Origin: Octopus sinensis
Lineage: Eukaryota
DNA length: 64,000 nt
Direction of reading: 5' to 3'
Assembly (NCBI RefSeq): GCF_006345805.1
Contig: NC_042999.1
Coordinates: 33,914,001 to 33,978,000, forward strand
Part shown: positions 1-12,299 of the stretch, in pieces
How positions within the stretch are numbered: the stretch's first letter is position 1
Layout of the letters: each line of letters starts with the position of its first letter
Program-made: the position numbers and the translations under genes
Notes under the pieces: model-generated
Seen by the model: the letters and a program-made list of their open reading frames with translations, nothing else
The model's database searches: none
Told to the model about the DNA's origin: nothing

Positions 1-128
1 AGGTAGGCAGGCAGGCAGGTAAGTACGTAGGTAGGTAGATAGGCAGCCAGGTAAGTAGGTAGGTAGGTAGATAGGCAGGCAGGTAAGTAGGTAGGGAGGG
101 AGGGAGAAAGGTAGTGAGGTAGGTAGGT
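1..128. repeat. (GTAG/GCAG)n tetranucleotide microsatellite
   Basis: Degenerate aggtaggt/aggcaggc repeats read directly. Confidence 0.9.
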
Positions 129-335
129 ATATTTTATATCAATTTAGACGCGATTCAATCGCCAAATGTTGATTGTCCATAATAATTACAAGCTAATTTG
201 AACTCTGTGAAGTTATTTGTTATATACATTGAATTACAATTGTTATTTCAATCTGTGATTAACATTAAATTTGGAGGGTCATATGAATGTTGCCTAATTT
301 TCAAATTAGCTACCGATTAAACAGGTAAGTGACGT

Positions 336-662
336 TTTAAAGACTCCGCCGGTTACGACGACGAGGGTCCCAGCTGATACGATCAACGGAACAGCTTGCT
401 CGTGAACTTAACGTGCAAATGGCTGAGCATTCCACAGACACGTGTACCCTTAACGTAGTTCTCGGGGATAATCAGCGTGACACAGAGAGTGACAAGGCTG
501 ACCCTTTGAAATACAAGTACAACTCATTTTTGCCAGCTGAGTGGACTGGAGCAACGTGAAATAAAGTGTCTTGCTCAAGGACACAACGCGTCTCCGGGAA
601 TCGAACTCACAACCTTACGATCATGAGCCGAATGCCCTAACCACTAAGGCACGCGCCCTCAC
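336..662 (-). mobile_element. tRNA-derived SINE, family B
   Basis: Minus strand starts with a tRNA-like head (gcgcgtgccttagtggttagggc, then B-box-like gagttcgattccc). Flanked by a 12-bp direct repeat GGTAAGTGACGT (324-335, 663-674), consistent with a TSD. The 3' part is homologous to 52304-52480. Confidence 0.85.
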
Positions 663-1626
663 GGTAAGTGACGTAAAGGGATGTGAATTACCGGTTTCAA
701 GTCAGTTATTTAAATGTCGAATAATATAGTATCCACACCACTCATCAGTAAAGGATTCCACATAATCTTACTGTACTTTTCTCTTTCTGCCTTCTATCCC
801 CCTCTTCGTACGATCTTCTTTCTCTTTGTTTTGTTGTCAACAATGTAGGCCTAGATCATTTCAGTTATAGGGTGCTCTAACTCTATTTTAATACTGGATG
901 TATTTATTTGGTGGTCTTCAGTTTAAGAAACCAAGAACTCCATAATTTCACACAAACCCTACTGATAACATATTCAAAAACATTATATCCACATTACCAG
1001 ACGATATAAATAAACTATTTCATTGGATCAAAACTACCAACATACATATATTACGTCCAACCACTAAGCTACAAACTATCCAAGCATAAATGTACACAAG
1101 TCAGCATATACACCTAAGCAGAAAGAATTCCTTCAAACATTCACTCATATACGCACAAAGAAGGTGATGTACACTACTAATTCATTTCATACAAGTACAG
1201 AGACTCATACGATTATATTTACCTAAATCCCCTAAAATCTATCCTAATACTACACATACACATACAGAGATCACACACTTTCACACCTCACCCTCGTAAA
1301 GCATACACCTGCGCAAAGTACCCATACGCAAACACGAAGACGTAAATATATACACACGCTCACTCGCACAGAGGCTCGCACGTACGTTAGTATATTTCCA
1401 AGATGACATTTAGTACATTAAACGGTTCTTTGAGAGAGATATGCGTATCTTGATATACAAATTCATTGAACGTTTGACGGAGTGAACAGTATGAAATTTA
1501 GATCAAACAAACATATAAGAACAGCTTAGCATAGTGAAATAGAAATCACTAGAAGTTATACGGTATATTCATTTTAGTTTCATATACGCACGATGTATGT
1601 ATTGTCTGTAGTCTGTATTTGTCCAT

Positions 1627-1634
1627 GTATATAT

Positions 1635-1665
<31 letters not shown>

Positions 1666-1682
1666 TATATATATTATATATT

Positions 1683-1728
<46 letters not shown>

Positions 1729-1739
1729 TATATATATTA

Positions 1740-1784
<45 letters not shown>

Positions 1785-1792
1785 CATATATA

Positions 1793-1874
<82 letters not shown>

Positions 1875-1878
1875 TATT
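1627..1878. repeat. (TA)n microsatellite, one of more than 20 TA/CA/TAGA/CATA/AAT arrays in the window
   Basis: Direct reading. These arrays generate most of the spurious YI/HT/VC/LSIY ORFs in the track. Confidence 0.95.
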
Positions 1879-2014
1879 AATAGTTATCGCCAAGCTAATA
1901 TGGTAGTCTATAAATATAAGACTCAAGCTGCCGCTGATTAGCTCCAAGAGGCCATCGCCTCTAGCTAGCTATATGACACACGAACCTGCGTCCATTATAA
2001 CCTTTATATTTATA

Positions 2015-2079
<65 letters not shown>

Positions 2080-2669
2080 GAGAGACACTCATATACATAT
2101 ACTCGCACTTTGATACAGTTAAAGTGGTATAATTTAAAATCCGAATAGTCATGGTTTCGTTGTGACCATCTTAATCACACATGAATACCTGCGCTTACAC
2201 ATATGTGTGTATGTGTGTGAGTGTGTGAGTGCGTTTTGTGTATGTATGTGTGTGTGTAGGCTAGAACTAAATAGTTATAAGAAAACCTTACCTGTGAGAA
2301 GAAATTATATAATTATAGGAGCCTTCGTAAATCTAAACATCTTTCCTACAATAGATAAAAAAAAACTTGTGGCAGCATTGATTGCATTGTGTTCTTCAAA
2401 TTGTTTATGAATGTAATTCTTTGAACCTAGTTACATTGTCTGCCAAATTAGCTTTTCTTAGTGTCACGTAACCCAAATCCATACCTGACATATGAAAGCA
2501 ACTGACTTAGTTAAATTCCGCGGTATCTTGTGTGGGGAAATTTTCATATACTCCAGATTCAATATATTCCCTGAAGACGTACGTTTTATTGCTTTTCATT
2601 TTCTTTAAATTGATTCCTTGTATGCGTATTTGAAAATGAGCATTATATATTAGTTTCTACTCTAGACAG

Positions 2670-2864
2670 AAGGCCAGATATCTTTGGTGAGTGGGGTATT
2701 CGATTAGATCGACCCCGGTACGCAACTGGTACATAATTTCTCGACCCCGAAAGTATGAAAGGCAAAGTCGACCTCGGCGAAATTTGAAATCAGAACCTAA
2801 AGATAGACAAAATACCGCTAAGCATTTTGCCGGGCGTTCTAACGATTCTGCCAGCTCATCGCCT
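2670..2864 (-). mobile_element. tRNA-derived SINE, family C (Nin/Deu-like central domain)
   Basis: Reverse complement of ggcgagctggcagaatcgttag...ttcaaatt...gtcgactttgcctttcatcctttcggggtcga. Same family as 49978-50801 and 55765-56128. The domain name is from memory, not from an alignment. Confidence 0.8.
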
Positions 2865-3067
2865 TATGATCCTTATATATTAGTATTGGTATCATATTGT
2901 TTTTAACGGAAATATAGTTCAATGGTTATATTCTACTTTGATTAATTGTGTCAGTAACGACAACAAAAATTGCTACGAGTATACACATTTTGGCTGATGT
3001 TGTTGTTCCATGTATTTACTAAATCCGTTTCTTGCGGTACCGATTAATTAGAGCATCCTAAACAACC

Positions 3068-3258
3068 GGGCGTAGGAGTGGATGTGTGGTAAGTAGCTTG
3101 CTTACCAACCACATGGTTTCGGATTCAGTCCCACTGCGAGGCACCTTGGGCAAGTGTCTTTTACTATAGCCTCGGGCCGACCAAAACCTTGCGAGTGGAT
3201 TTGATAGATAGAAACTGAAAGAAGCCCGTCGTATATATATATATATATATAAATATAA

Positions 3259-3299
<41 letters not shown>

Positions 3300-3497
3300 T
3301 TTGTCCACCCAACTTCGCTTGACAACCGATGCTGGTGTGCTTATGTCCCCGTAACTTAGCTGTTCGGCAAAAGGGACCGATAGAATAAGTACTAGGCTTA
3401 CAAAGAATAAGTCCTGGGGTCGATTTGCTCGGCTAAAAGCGGTGCTCCAGTATGGCCGCAGTCAAATGAGTGAAACAAGTAAAAGAATAAAGGAGTA
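3068..3497 (+). mobile_element. tRNA-derived SINE, family A, full length
   Basis: Head ggcgtaggagtgg(c)tgtgtggtaag with a B-box-like ggattcagtccc, central ggatttggtagacggaaactgaaagaagcccgtcg-type domain, internal TA/TG microsatellite and tail ggcggtgctccagcatggcc...tgaaacaagtaaaag. More than 10 copies in the window. Confidence 0.9.
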
Positions 3498-4689
3498 AAC
3501 CGCACATATCATCAGTTTGTGTGGAGACAAACACAAAGTTGCACATTTATTTATTGAAAGAAAATCACACAAACACACAGAAAATCATTTATATACGACG
3601 GGATTTTAAACAGTTTTATCAAATGCACACACAACATTTTAGACGCCTTAGGTCTAAAACAGAAGTAACTATGAGGTAGCAAGGCAAACATCTTAATTAC
3701 AAAGTTTTGTTTGCTCCTATTTGTAAGTTCTATAACATCATTTATGGAAATTTGTTCTCTATTTTCTGCAATTCTAACACGCGCACAGAAACTTTTTTTC
3801 TTTAGTCTGTCGTATTTAAATACCACACAACGCATTATGATAAACGATTCAGTAGCTGAAATCAATAAAGAGTGTGTAGAGCAGAAGGCTGCTACTCAAT
3901 TACACCATATGACATGAACACTACAATTATTGTCTTACTGTTATCAAACACCACAGAGGAAACACAACATTTTTGTCAGTAGAAGCGACAGAGATATAAA
4001 TACTTATACTATTAACTAACATAGCTGTACAATATATCTTCCCTGCGTGTGTGTACTCGTTAGGGTGGTACACTTACAGCTGCCTTAATAATTGTACTAA
4101 CAAAACATAAACGAGCTATTGTGGTGATGATTGTATAAGTATTAAGAATTTCGTTTGTGAATGTTGCTTCACAACTTTCTTTCTGAACGGTAAATTTACA
4201 TGATGTCAATCACTGAAGATTATGTAGATTAATATCAGAATATATCACGGGAAAAAGAAATTCGTTTTATATTTTCCTGAATAGAATTATTTTATCTTTA
4301 ATTTGAGGCAAATAGAAAATTACATTATTGAAGAATAGGGCATTGTCTAGGGAGGAAAGAAGTCTGAGAAATTCTATCGATGTCATTTTGGATAAAGAAG
4401 TGATATCTTAGTCAATTTACATTGATGTGGAAGTAACGAAACTTTTTCATAAGTAAATGTGTTTCTGATACATTTTATTAAACTGGTGTCTTGGGTGACA
4501 AATAACACAATGCATGAAAAACAAATTCGGCAAGATATACAAATGAAGGGAACTGGTTACGATTGAAAACTTTGGCAAATGAAAGAGAATGTATAATTGT
4601 ACGAGGAACCAGTTGAAATGTTCATAGACTGACCAAGATACTCTCATGGAATTTGATCAACTGAAATATATTATTCAACATCGAAGTTG

Positions 4690-5720
4690 CTGTGCCTAAA
4701 TGCCGTTGATGGAGATACTTTCATCTTGTTGGTCAAAAAGTCATCAACAGCAAATTATCATCACTCCGATAGTGTTTCCCAGCTAACTGTTTTTTTTTAT
4801 GTAGAGGAACAGAAGATAGTGGGATAGGACCAAATCAGGAGAATAGGGAGGTTGATCAATAAGCTCAAACACACAATCACACCTACAAGCCAGTGAAACC
4901 AAGGGTTTGTCTACAAAAGTATTGACTTCATTGAACAGGAACCTCTTTTTCAATTTTGTTGTTGTTTGCTGTTGATAGCCTTTCGTTACTCGGCAAGTTG
5001 GCATAGAACACTGCTTTGGTGGTGAGGTTAAACACAATAATTACAAGGGCTTTTGCATCCCCCTACAGATGAAATTGAACAGATGAGGAGAAGACCAGCG
5101 TTTCCACAGCATGAACTGTCTATTTGTCTGTGGATGAAATTGATGAACATAGCACTCATCCTGGCATAGGAAACATTCATGGAAACTAGCTGAACGTGAC
5201 CCCTTGATGTGATGAACTTAGTGCGCTTTTCACCAGGTGTCAGAGTACGTGGCACTCATAGAGACGAAACATACGCCATGCCAATTTCATTGGGCAGAAT
5301 ATTCTCAACTCTTTCGCAGAGTATGCAAATAACATTAGATATTTTATCTATATCCTGTCATCCATTATTATATGATACGCACGATCAATGTTTCCTCGGT
5401 GGTGACAGTTGCAGGAATCTAGCCCTTGGATCATCTTTAAGAATATCCTTCTCCTTCTCCTCCTAAATTCAGCTTCCCGTTTTTGAAGTCATGATTATGC
5501 TGGAGCGTCATCCACTAATATAGCAACTATGTCAGCATGAATGTCATTGGAAACTAAACCTTGGTTCTACAAATAGATATTAACAAAAGAAAGCGATACT
5601 ATCATAGTTGCTTTTGAAGTCTTCTTTGAATTGTCAGAAGCCAGTTTACGTGGAGAGAATCAACACAGTTTCCAATAAGAAAATTAATAAGATATCACAG
5701 CTTTAACATCACTCCTTCAT
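4690..5720 (-). pseudogene. Degenerate mariner-family transposase
   Basis: Minus-strand FELIDQPPYSPDLVLSHYLLF (YSPDL motif) and N-terminal HTH-like DIHADIVAILVDDAPA...LKDDPR. Many stops and frameshifts; no TIR pair found. Confidence 0.7.
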
Positions 5721-6246
5721 AGTCATGAACATTCCAGCCCACCCACGTATGTAAAAATAACTATCTTTAATCTGGAAAATTTACATTGAAATCTGCCTTA
5801 AAAATGTAACGTTTATTTTTATCGCTTGACAAGTAATTACTTAACTTCATATATTTCGGTGAATACACTTCAGGAACTGTGTGGGGATGTAACTCATATA
5901 TATATATAATAATAATATTTGATACAAGTAATAGCTGGTTGGTTGGTTGAGTTCTGTAACGCTTTGCATCATATATAACGAGAGAAGGAGAAGGAATGTA
6001 ACAGAGAGATGCAAAGTGTGTTAAGAGCTGTATGATGTACACACATATGAGGCGTTTTGCAGGTGATGACACTTGTCAGAACAATATAAATGAAATTTTG
6101 AAGAGGGAGATTATTGATGGAGTAGAATGCGTTTGTGTTTAAAAAAAAAAGATTAGAAAAATAATAGTAAATTTATGAATTTGTTTTGCGAGATTCCTGA
6201 TGTGAAATCGTGTGTTGAAACGGGTATTGTTATATATCGGGATACT

Positions 6247-6485
6247 TTTTTACTCTTTTACTTCCTTCAGTCATTTGACTATGGCCATGCTGGAGCACCG
6301 GCTTTAGTCGAGCAAATCGACACCAGGACTTATTCTTCGTAATCCTAGTAGTTATTCTATCAGTGTCTTTTGCCGAACTGCTAAGTTACGAGGACGTAAA
6401 CACACCAGCATCTGTTTCAAAGTGATGTTGGGGGGACAAACAAAGACAAACAAACATAAACAAACACACACATACACACACACAC
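6247..6485 (-). mobile_element. SINE family A, 3' half
   Basis: Reverse complement of the family A tail (ttcagtcatttgactatggccatgctggagcacc). Confidence 0.85.
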
Positions 6486-6499
6486 ATATATATATATAT

Positions 6500-7100
6500 A
6501 TAGGTGAGAAAGTTGGTGCGTGAAAGCACGTGGTTCGATGTATAAAAAATAGAAAAGAGTGAAAAAACTACAGAAGGTTTGTTTTATGAGGTTAAAGAAT
6601 ATATTTAAGTCGTTATGTTAGAAAAATGTTGTAAAATTTTGTGTATAGTAACATAGATTTTGGAGAAATAACCGGTTTCGTGTAAACTTTTCAAATTTCT
6701 CAAATGTCTTTACCTACATCGTGTCATGTCTTCGTTATGAAGTGCAAAGAAAAGTTCCAGACAGGGGAAGGTAATAAGGGATTTTTTCCGGTATAAGGGA
6801 GATAATCGCTTTATATTTCTTTTCCCCTTTTTTTAATAAGATGAGTTTCTCTGTATAAGAATGTTAGGATGGTTAAGTTCAGGCTTATATTTTTCAATGA
6901 AGAATGTTTCCTAGTTTAATATAATTTGTGTTGGTGTTCCTATAGCACATTGATAGAATGGAAAGATTAAGAATTGTGGTAGTAGTTGCTTTGCGCATTT
7001 TTCAATATGCTCACTAAAGGGTATCATTCTGTATTCTGGGAATGCAACTGTTGTCGATGCAGAGTGAATCTGCGTCTCAGTGATAATCCCGTAGACCCTA
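6500..7100 (-). mobile_element. Penelope-like element 3' remnant (GIY-YIG C-terminus plus UTR)
   Basis: Minus-strand SEHIEKCAKQLLPQFLIFPFYQC...*ETFFIEKYKPELN resembles the C-terminal KExFFIxKxxPxLN motif of PLE endonucleases, and is followed by an HHR remnant. Confidence 0.6.
6663..6701 (-). ncRNA. Decayed minimal type I hammerhead ribozyme
   Basis: GAGAAAT-TTGAAAA-GT(TTAC)AC-GAAA-CCGG-TT-ATTTCTC: perfect 7-bp stem I and palindromic stem III; core differs from CUGAAGA by two transitions. Confidence 0.6.
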
Positions 7101-7209
7101 CGTAGTTTTGGTGGCAGCCCGAGCATCTTATGACATAAATTATGTTTTCAGAAGCACAAGTAAAATTAGGTCTGATCTTGTAAAATTAGATCTGATATAT
7201 ATATATATA

Positions 7210-7368
7210 TACGACAAGCTTCTTTCAGTTTCCCTCTACCAAATCCACTCACAAGGCTTTGGTCGGCCCGAGGCTATAGTAGAAGAAACCTGCGCAAGAT
7301 GCCACGCATTGGGACTGAACCCAGAACCATGTGGATTGTAAGCAAGCTACTTATCATACAACCACTCG
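7210..7368 (-). mobile_element. SINE family A, 5' half
   Basis: cttctttcagtttcc...aaatccactcacaaggctttggtcggcccgaggctatag matches family A. Confidence 0.85.
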
Positions 7369-7619
7369 TTATCCATTCATTTATTATTGTACTTGCTTTA
7401 TTCTAAGTCCTATACTGATATTTTTGCAATTATAAGAAATCCTTTATTTCCTTTTATTTTTATAAGATGATAAAAACATTTCTGATGAAAGGTAGTATAT
7501 ATTCCAGCATTTTGCGTAAGCACGAAAGCTTTGATAAAGTATCATTATTACTGTATGTAGGATATTTTCAGATTTTAAGTCATATGACAGGTGGCACTCG
7601 AGTGTATTGCCTAATATGT

Positions 7620-7985
7620 TAATGCTTAATATAAATCGTTATATTGCAAATTCTGCCGACGTCGACTTTGCCTTTCATCTTTTCGAGGTCAATTAAATAA
7701 GTACTAATTACGCACTGGGGTCGATGTGATCGACTTAAACCTTTGCCATTGTTTATAAATATAAATTGTTATTAAGGTGGCGAGCTGGCAGATTCGTTAG
7801 CACGCCGGACCAGATGCTTAGCGACATTTCGTCCGTCTCTACTACGTTTTGAGTTCCAATTCCGCCGAGATTCACTTTGACTTTCAACCAACGGGGATGA
7901 TCAAAAAAGAAGCAGTTGAGCACTGGTAATCGATGTAATCAGCTTGGCCCGTCCTGCAATACTGTTGGCCTTGAACCAAAATTTG
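7620..7985 (+). mobile_element. Two adjacent SINE family C copies or fragments
   Basis: gtcgactttgcctttcatc...ggggtcgatgtgatcgact (7655-7740) and ggcgagctggcagattcgttagcacgccgg head (7778 onward). Confidence 0.75.
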
Positions 7986-8273
7986 AAACAGTATAGGTCA
8001 TTATCTTTACTTCTTTGATGAAATCTGGTTCCGCAGCTAATGATGCAATATCAAACCATGCTATATTCTATTCTAGTATACAGTACATGCTTTTTGACAT
8101 ATAGTATTTGTACATAATATCCACCTCAAAGGGAAATATATTTTCATATCCGTGTCGATCGATCTACTCTTCACACACATGCGAACACACAGACACACAC
8201 AGATGAATGTAAATATATAAATATAAATGCACCTATATGCTTTGTATGTATGAGTAATATATCATATACATAA

Positions 8274-8328
<55 letters not shown>

Positions 8329-9022
8329 CGTGTGAATGCGTTTGAACGCAAGTCACGTAAACGTATAAAATTATACATAATTATGCATATGTATGTCACT
8401 CTGTTTCTGACAGGATATTATATTAAGACAAGCAACAGTAGGTACGCGGCCGCTCATAAATATCTAATTGTGCTAGAAATTGTCGTTTTGTCAAATATGA
8501 TATAGATTTCTTGTATGACAGGATATCAAAATATAACGGCTATTTCATTGTCTGTATTGAGTATTGAATTTCCTCTGGTCATCCATAATAAATGCAATAC
8601 GCTATGTAGACAAACATAGTTATCGTAGAGTCTGAAATGTTGACACCGACGAGGTTTCAGTTATATCATCTATTTTTATTGGTGTCGGTATGAACAGGAT
8701 TTGTTTAAAGTGATTCAATATAGTGAATGTAAAAGAGAATATTTCGACGAATATTCCAAAAACATAATGTCGATCGAATGATTAGGAAGTACGAAGTTCT
8801 GTTGTTAGTAACATGTTCCTCTCAAAGTGTGTGGTACAAAATCACTTAACACGAAAGCTATAGAGAAATACACGCAACTACAATGTAGAAAGAAAATAAT
8901 GGTATCCAAAGACTGAAATGTAAATATAAAATATAACAAACTATGCTTCACATGTTTTGTAATAACGACATGTCTTATTCAGCAATATTTATTGTTTAAC
9001 TTCCATATATTTATATTTCTAC

Positions 9023-9338
9023 CTGCAAGGGTATTTAGGTACGGATGAAGAGGTTTCCATGGTTATTTCGTTGTTAAAAACCTTTTGCTTTACATTCACG
9101 TTGTTCGAATTACTAGAGATATTTTTTTCCTTCTTTAAATATTGTCTGAAATGGTTAACATGAAACGTATTCTCATGAACATGGCAAGACTCACAAACAA
9201 ATTCTGAACACATAACTATATTGAACTAACATTTTCCTATGGAGGATGTAAGGTCATGTTCAAAGTAGTAACGAAAATCCTCATGAATAAAGATATGTTG
9301 AGTGTTACAGGCCTGGGGATAACAATGAGCACAAGAAG
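9023..9338 (-). pseudogene. Candidate host exon encoding tandem Cys/His (B-box-like) motifs, with one in-frame TAG
   Basis: Strong acceptor tttatttattatttttcttttatag before 9338 and donor cag|gtagaa at 9023. One frame reads SCAHCYPQACNTQHIFIHEDFRYYF...GKC*FNIVMCSEFVCESCHVHENTFHVNHFRQYL...; the stop is at 9226-9228. Confidence 0.4.
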
Positions 9339-11329
9339 CTATAAAAGAAAAATAATAAATAAAATGTGTCTATTAGTAATCATTTGACAATTACATTACT
9401 TTAATTTGCAGTTGGGGAGATCGAGTCCAGCGATCACCTTATTTTACTGAAATTTGATTTAAACAACACAATTCTGCAAGAATCTCAGTCCACAACTCCA
9501 CGAATTTTGTCACATTGATGTGATTTATGATAATGTTTTATTGGATTTGTCTTAGCGTTTGTCTTGTGTTTCTGCCAGGAGGGAGCGTTAAGGCTCATCA
9601 CACCTTTCAGCACTATAAAGACAGTTGGAAGTAGAGCAAAACAATATTTTCAAACCGGAGACATAGCCCCAATTCTTGCACCAAATTGAAACGAGCTAAA
9701 ATCAAGCAGGGCACAGCTATTGGTGTTAAAATAAGCCACAGATGAGGTAAATCCCCAAGTAGCCTATGGTGGAATTTTTAAGGAAAATTCAAAGAGCCGC
9801 AAAGAAACCTAATCGGGCTTTTCTCTGGGAGTCTGATATTTCTACGAGTTCAAAACACCAGACGTATATTTTATTCACCATAACAGAAGGTTAAAATGCA
9901 AATGTGTTAAATGTGTACGGTGGTGTTTCAACTGAGAACGCAATAATCGAAAATAAATACGGTAAGTTATTTCTTCAGACATTCTAACGACTTTCCTATT
10001 TTGCTGATCTCGTAGTACAGTTACTTGGGTGAAGTAGTTTACAGAATTTTTTTTCCTTTAAAAGCAGATGAAAAGTGACTTCGACTCTGACAAGGAAGGT
10101 CCGATGAGAAATCGGTGAGAATCTGATTATTTTGTAATTATTGGTATACCATGCGCTGAATTATCAATGACTGAACCAATATCCATAGGCTAACTCTTCA
10201 CATCGCACACTAGATCAAACATTATTATGTCCAAGTCACCTTCGAATCTAAATCAAAGGCGTGTTGTATCAAATCAAGTAAAATCACGGCATTTGAAATT
10301 ATTTTACGTGGCACAACGAAATAAATGGTTCTCACCTAGCTCGCAAATGATGTCGAAGCAACATTGTGTATGTTGCAACACTGAATCATACAAGCCGAAT
10401 TCTTCTGTCGCTCAAAATGAATTTGTCCGTTGGAACGGATTTTGGATATGATGACCACTATCATATTACCTATTCCCTATGTCAATCCTAAGATTCTGTA
10501 AGTAATTCCGCTTCGAATGCCGCTAGATTTTCTCTCCGTTGTGTATCGAAAGGCATACAGAATACAACTAAATCTCTTCTAATACTAAAAAATAAATCTA
10601 CCTCTACTTACAAGTAATTTCCGTATGCGAAAGTACCTCAAGTCGCTTCAACTTGACCGCGCCACCAGCCTGCCATTATCCCTTCTCACTCGCCAAAATG
10701 TTATCCAATCTCACCTTTCTCTGCTCGTCAATTTCTCCCTGTGAGTCAAAATCTCTACCACCATCAAACCACCTCTTTCTTTCTCGCTTTCTTTCTCTGT
10801 GGGTGTGTGTCTGTACTGATCTAAGTTAGCATGTTAAAGTGTCTGTGTAGTCTTTCAATGACAGCAATATTTTCGACATAGCCAAACATCATCCTATAAT
10901 TTACATTGCTGATATCTCATTGAGATTATGGTGACAGTAATTAACAAATACTTTGTCTATCACCGTTAACATATGTCACTTATAAATGATCACTAGTATG
11001 GAATTCGCCTAGCCATCTTAACCACGTACACCTACACGTCTCTTTCACTCAGAAGTGGGCGTACTATACTCTTACGTTCGATATTTATAACTATCTCATA
11101 ATCTGAGTTATATTTTGGTGCAGGCTGGAACTGCTTTAAACTGAATTATCGATATGGTGACACATTTTGTTTCTTTACTCACTTAATAAATTTTTCAGTC
11201 TTACCGGTTTGGAGTCGTCATGCCTTTCTTCTCGTGGTTGTTTTATTTTCCATGTTTTTGTATTTCATATAACCTCTTTAGTCTTGAATGTACGTACGCG
11301 TATGTGTGCGTGTCTCTGAATGAGAGCAA

Positions 11330-11593
11330 AGTGTGTCTTTGTTGGGAAGACAAGTGAGATGCTACATCTGTAGAAATATGGACCATATCAATACTCGCTG
11401 CCTACACAACCAAAACAGAGACGGGAAACGAAGAACTCCATTATTGACGACATCACAGACCCAAACAACAACATCAGCATCGAGCAGTAACAAAGGCAGC
11501 AGCCTTAGTGAAGAAAACAAGAAAAAGAGCACCAAACACAACCACAGAAGCAATAGCAACATCAGTAATACAAACGAATACAGATTCTACTGA
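11330..11593 (+). pseudogene. Zinc-knuckle (CCHC) ORF1 fragment of an L1/Tx1-type LINE
   Basis: CYICRNMDHINTRC fits CX2CX4HX4C and lies upstream of L1-type RT remnants. Confidence 0.65.
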
Positions 11594-11767
11594 ACCTAAA
11601 AGTGCTCTATTTCCAGCAACTTCGAGGGCCAGCTCTCAGTGGTGTCGGGCGTCAACGTAGAGCCCTCGACTACAGCAAGACGACCAAAGTTTTTTTTCCA
11701 AGGTCTGAGGTCTCCCGCCTCTAAGCCCTAGACCATCACCTAATCACCCTTACCCGTCTTGGTGCTT

Positions 11768-11813
<46 letters not shown>

Positions 11814-12299
11814 GAAACAATGGCACAAAATGCGACAAATTCAAAACTTTCCTCCCACCAAAATTTCCAACCTTGCACACACTGTATTACGCTTCCTCTC
11901 CTCCAAATCGTCCATTTTCAAACACTCATAACATATGGACAAACGCAAACGCATCACATCATCCACACCCGCATGGGATCATTCCGATGTGGAAACATTA
12001 ACTAACAAGGAGGAGTTGCAACGAAAAAATCAAATATATAATCAAACGAGGACATGTTAAAAAAAAAACACGTTCACACTAAATACTGTATCATCGAAAC
12101 CAAACCATCACCCAGGAGATAATTTCACAATAACACGGACACCACCTTCAAAAACTTCTACAACATCAAAAGACATAATATACATGAACAGTTCCAACAG
12201 AGAGACACACAAACCCTGCATCAAATATCACACTCAAACATTGTGCTGATAGTTTTTTAAAACCGAAAACTGATATCCTTTAGGGCAAGAATAGAGCAA

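Noticed and set aside
680-765. Minus-strand CTGATGA...GAAACCGGTA hammerhead-like halves
   Set aside because: Stem II does not pair and stem I needs a 6-nt bulge; at best a very old remnant.
870-1500. CA-rich segment resembling a PLE 3' UTR with a possible decayed HHR near 1428-1460
   Set aside because: Only compositional similarity; core motifs are too altered to support a call.
9915-9985. Minus-strand CTGAAGA...GAAACACCACCGTA
   Set aside because: Stem II is only about 2 bp and stem I is out of register; compatible with chance.
11196-11240. Minus-strand AAACCGGTAAGACTG resembling an HHR 3' half
   Set aside because: The CUGANGA core and stem I partner are not present.
11618-11670. TCGAGGGC/GCCCTCGA hairpin after ORF1, considered as an HDV-like ribozyme
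   Set aside because: No nested P2/P3/P1.1 pseudoknot or J4/2 motif could be built.
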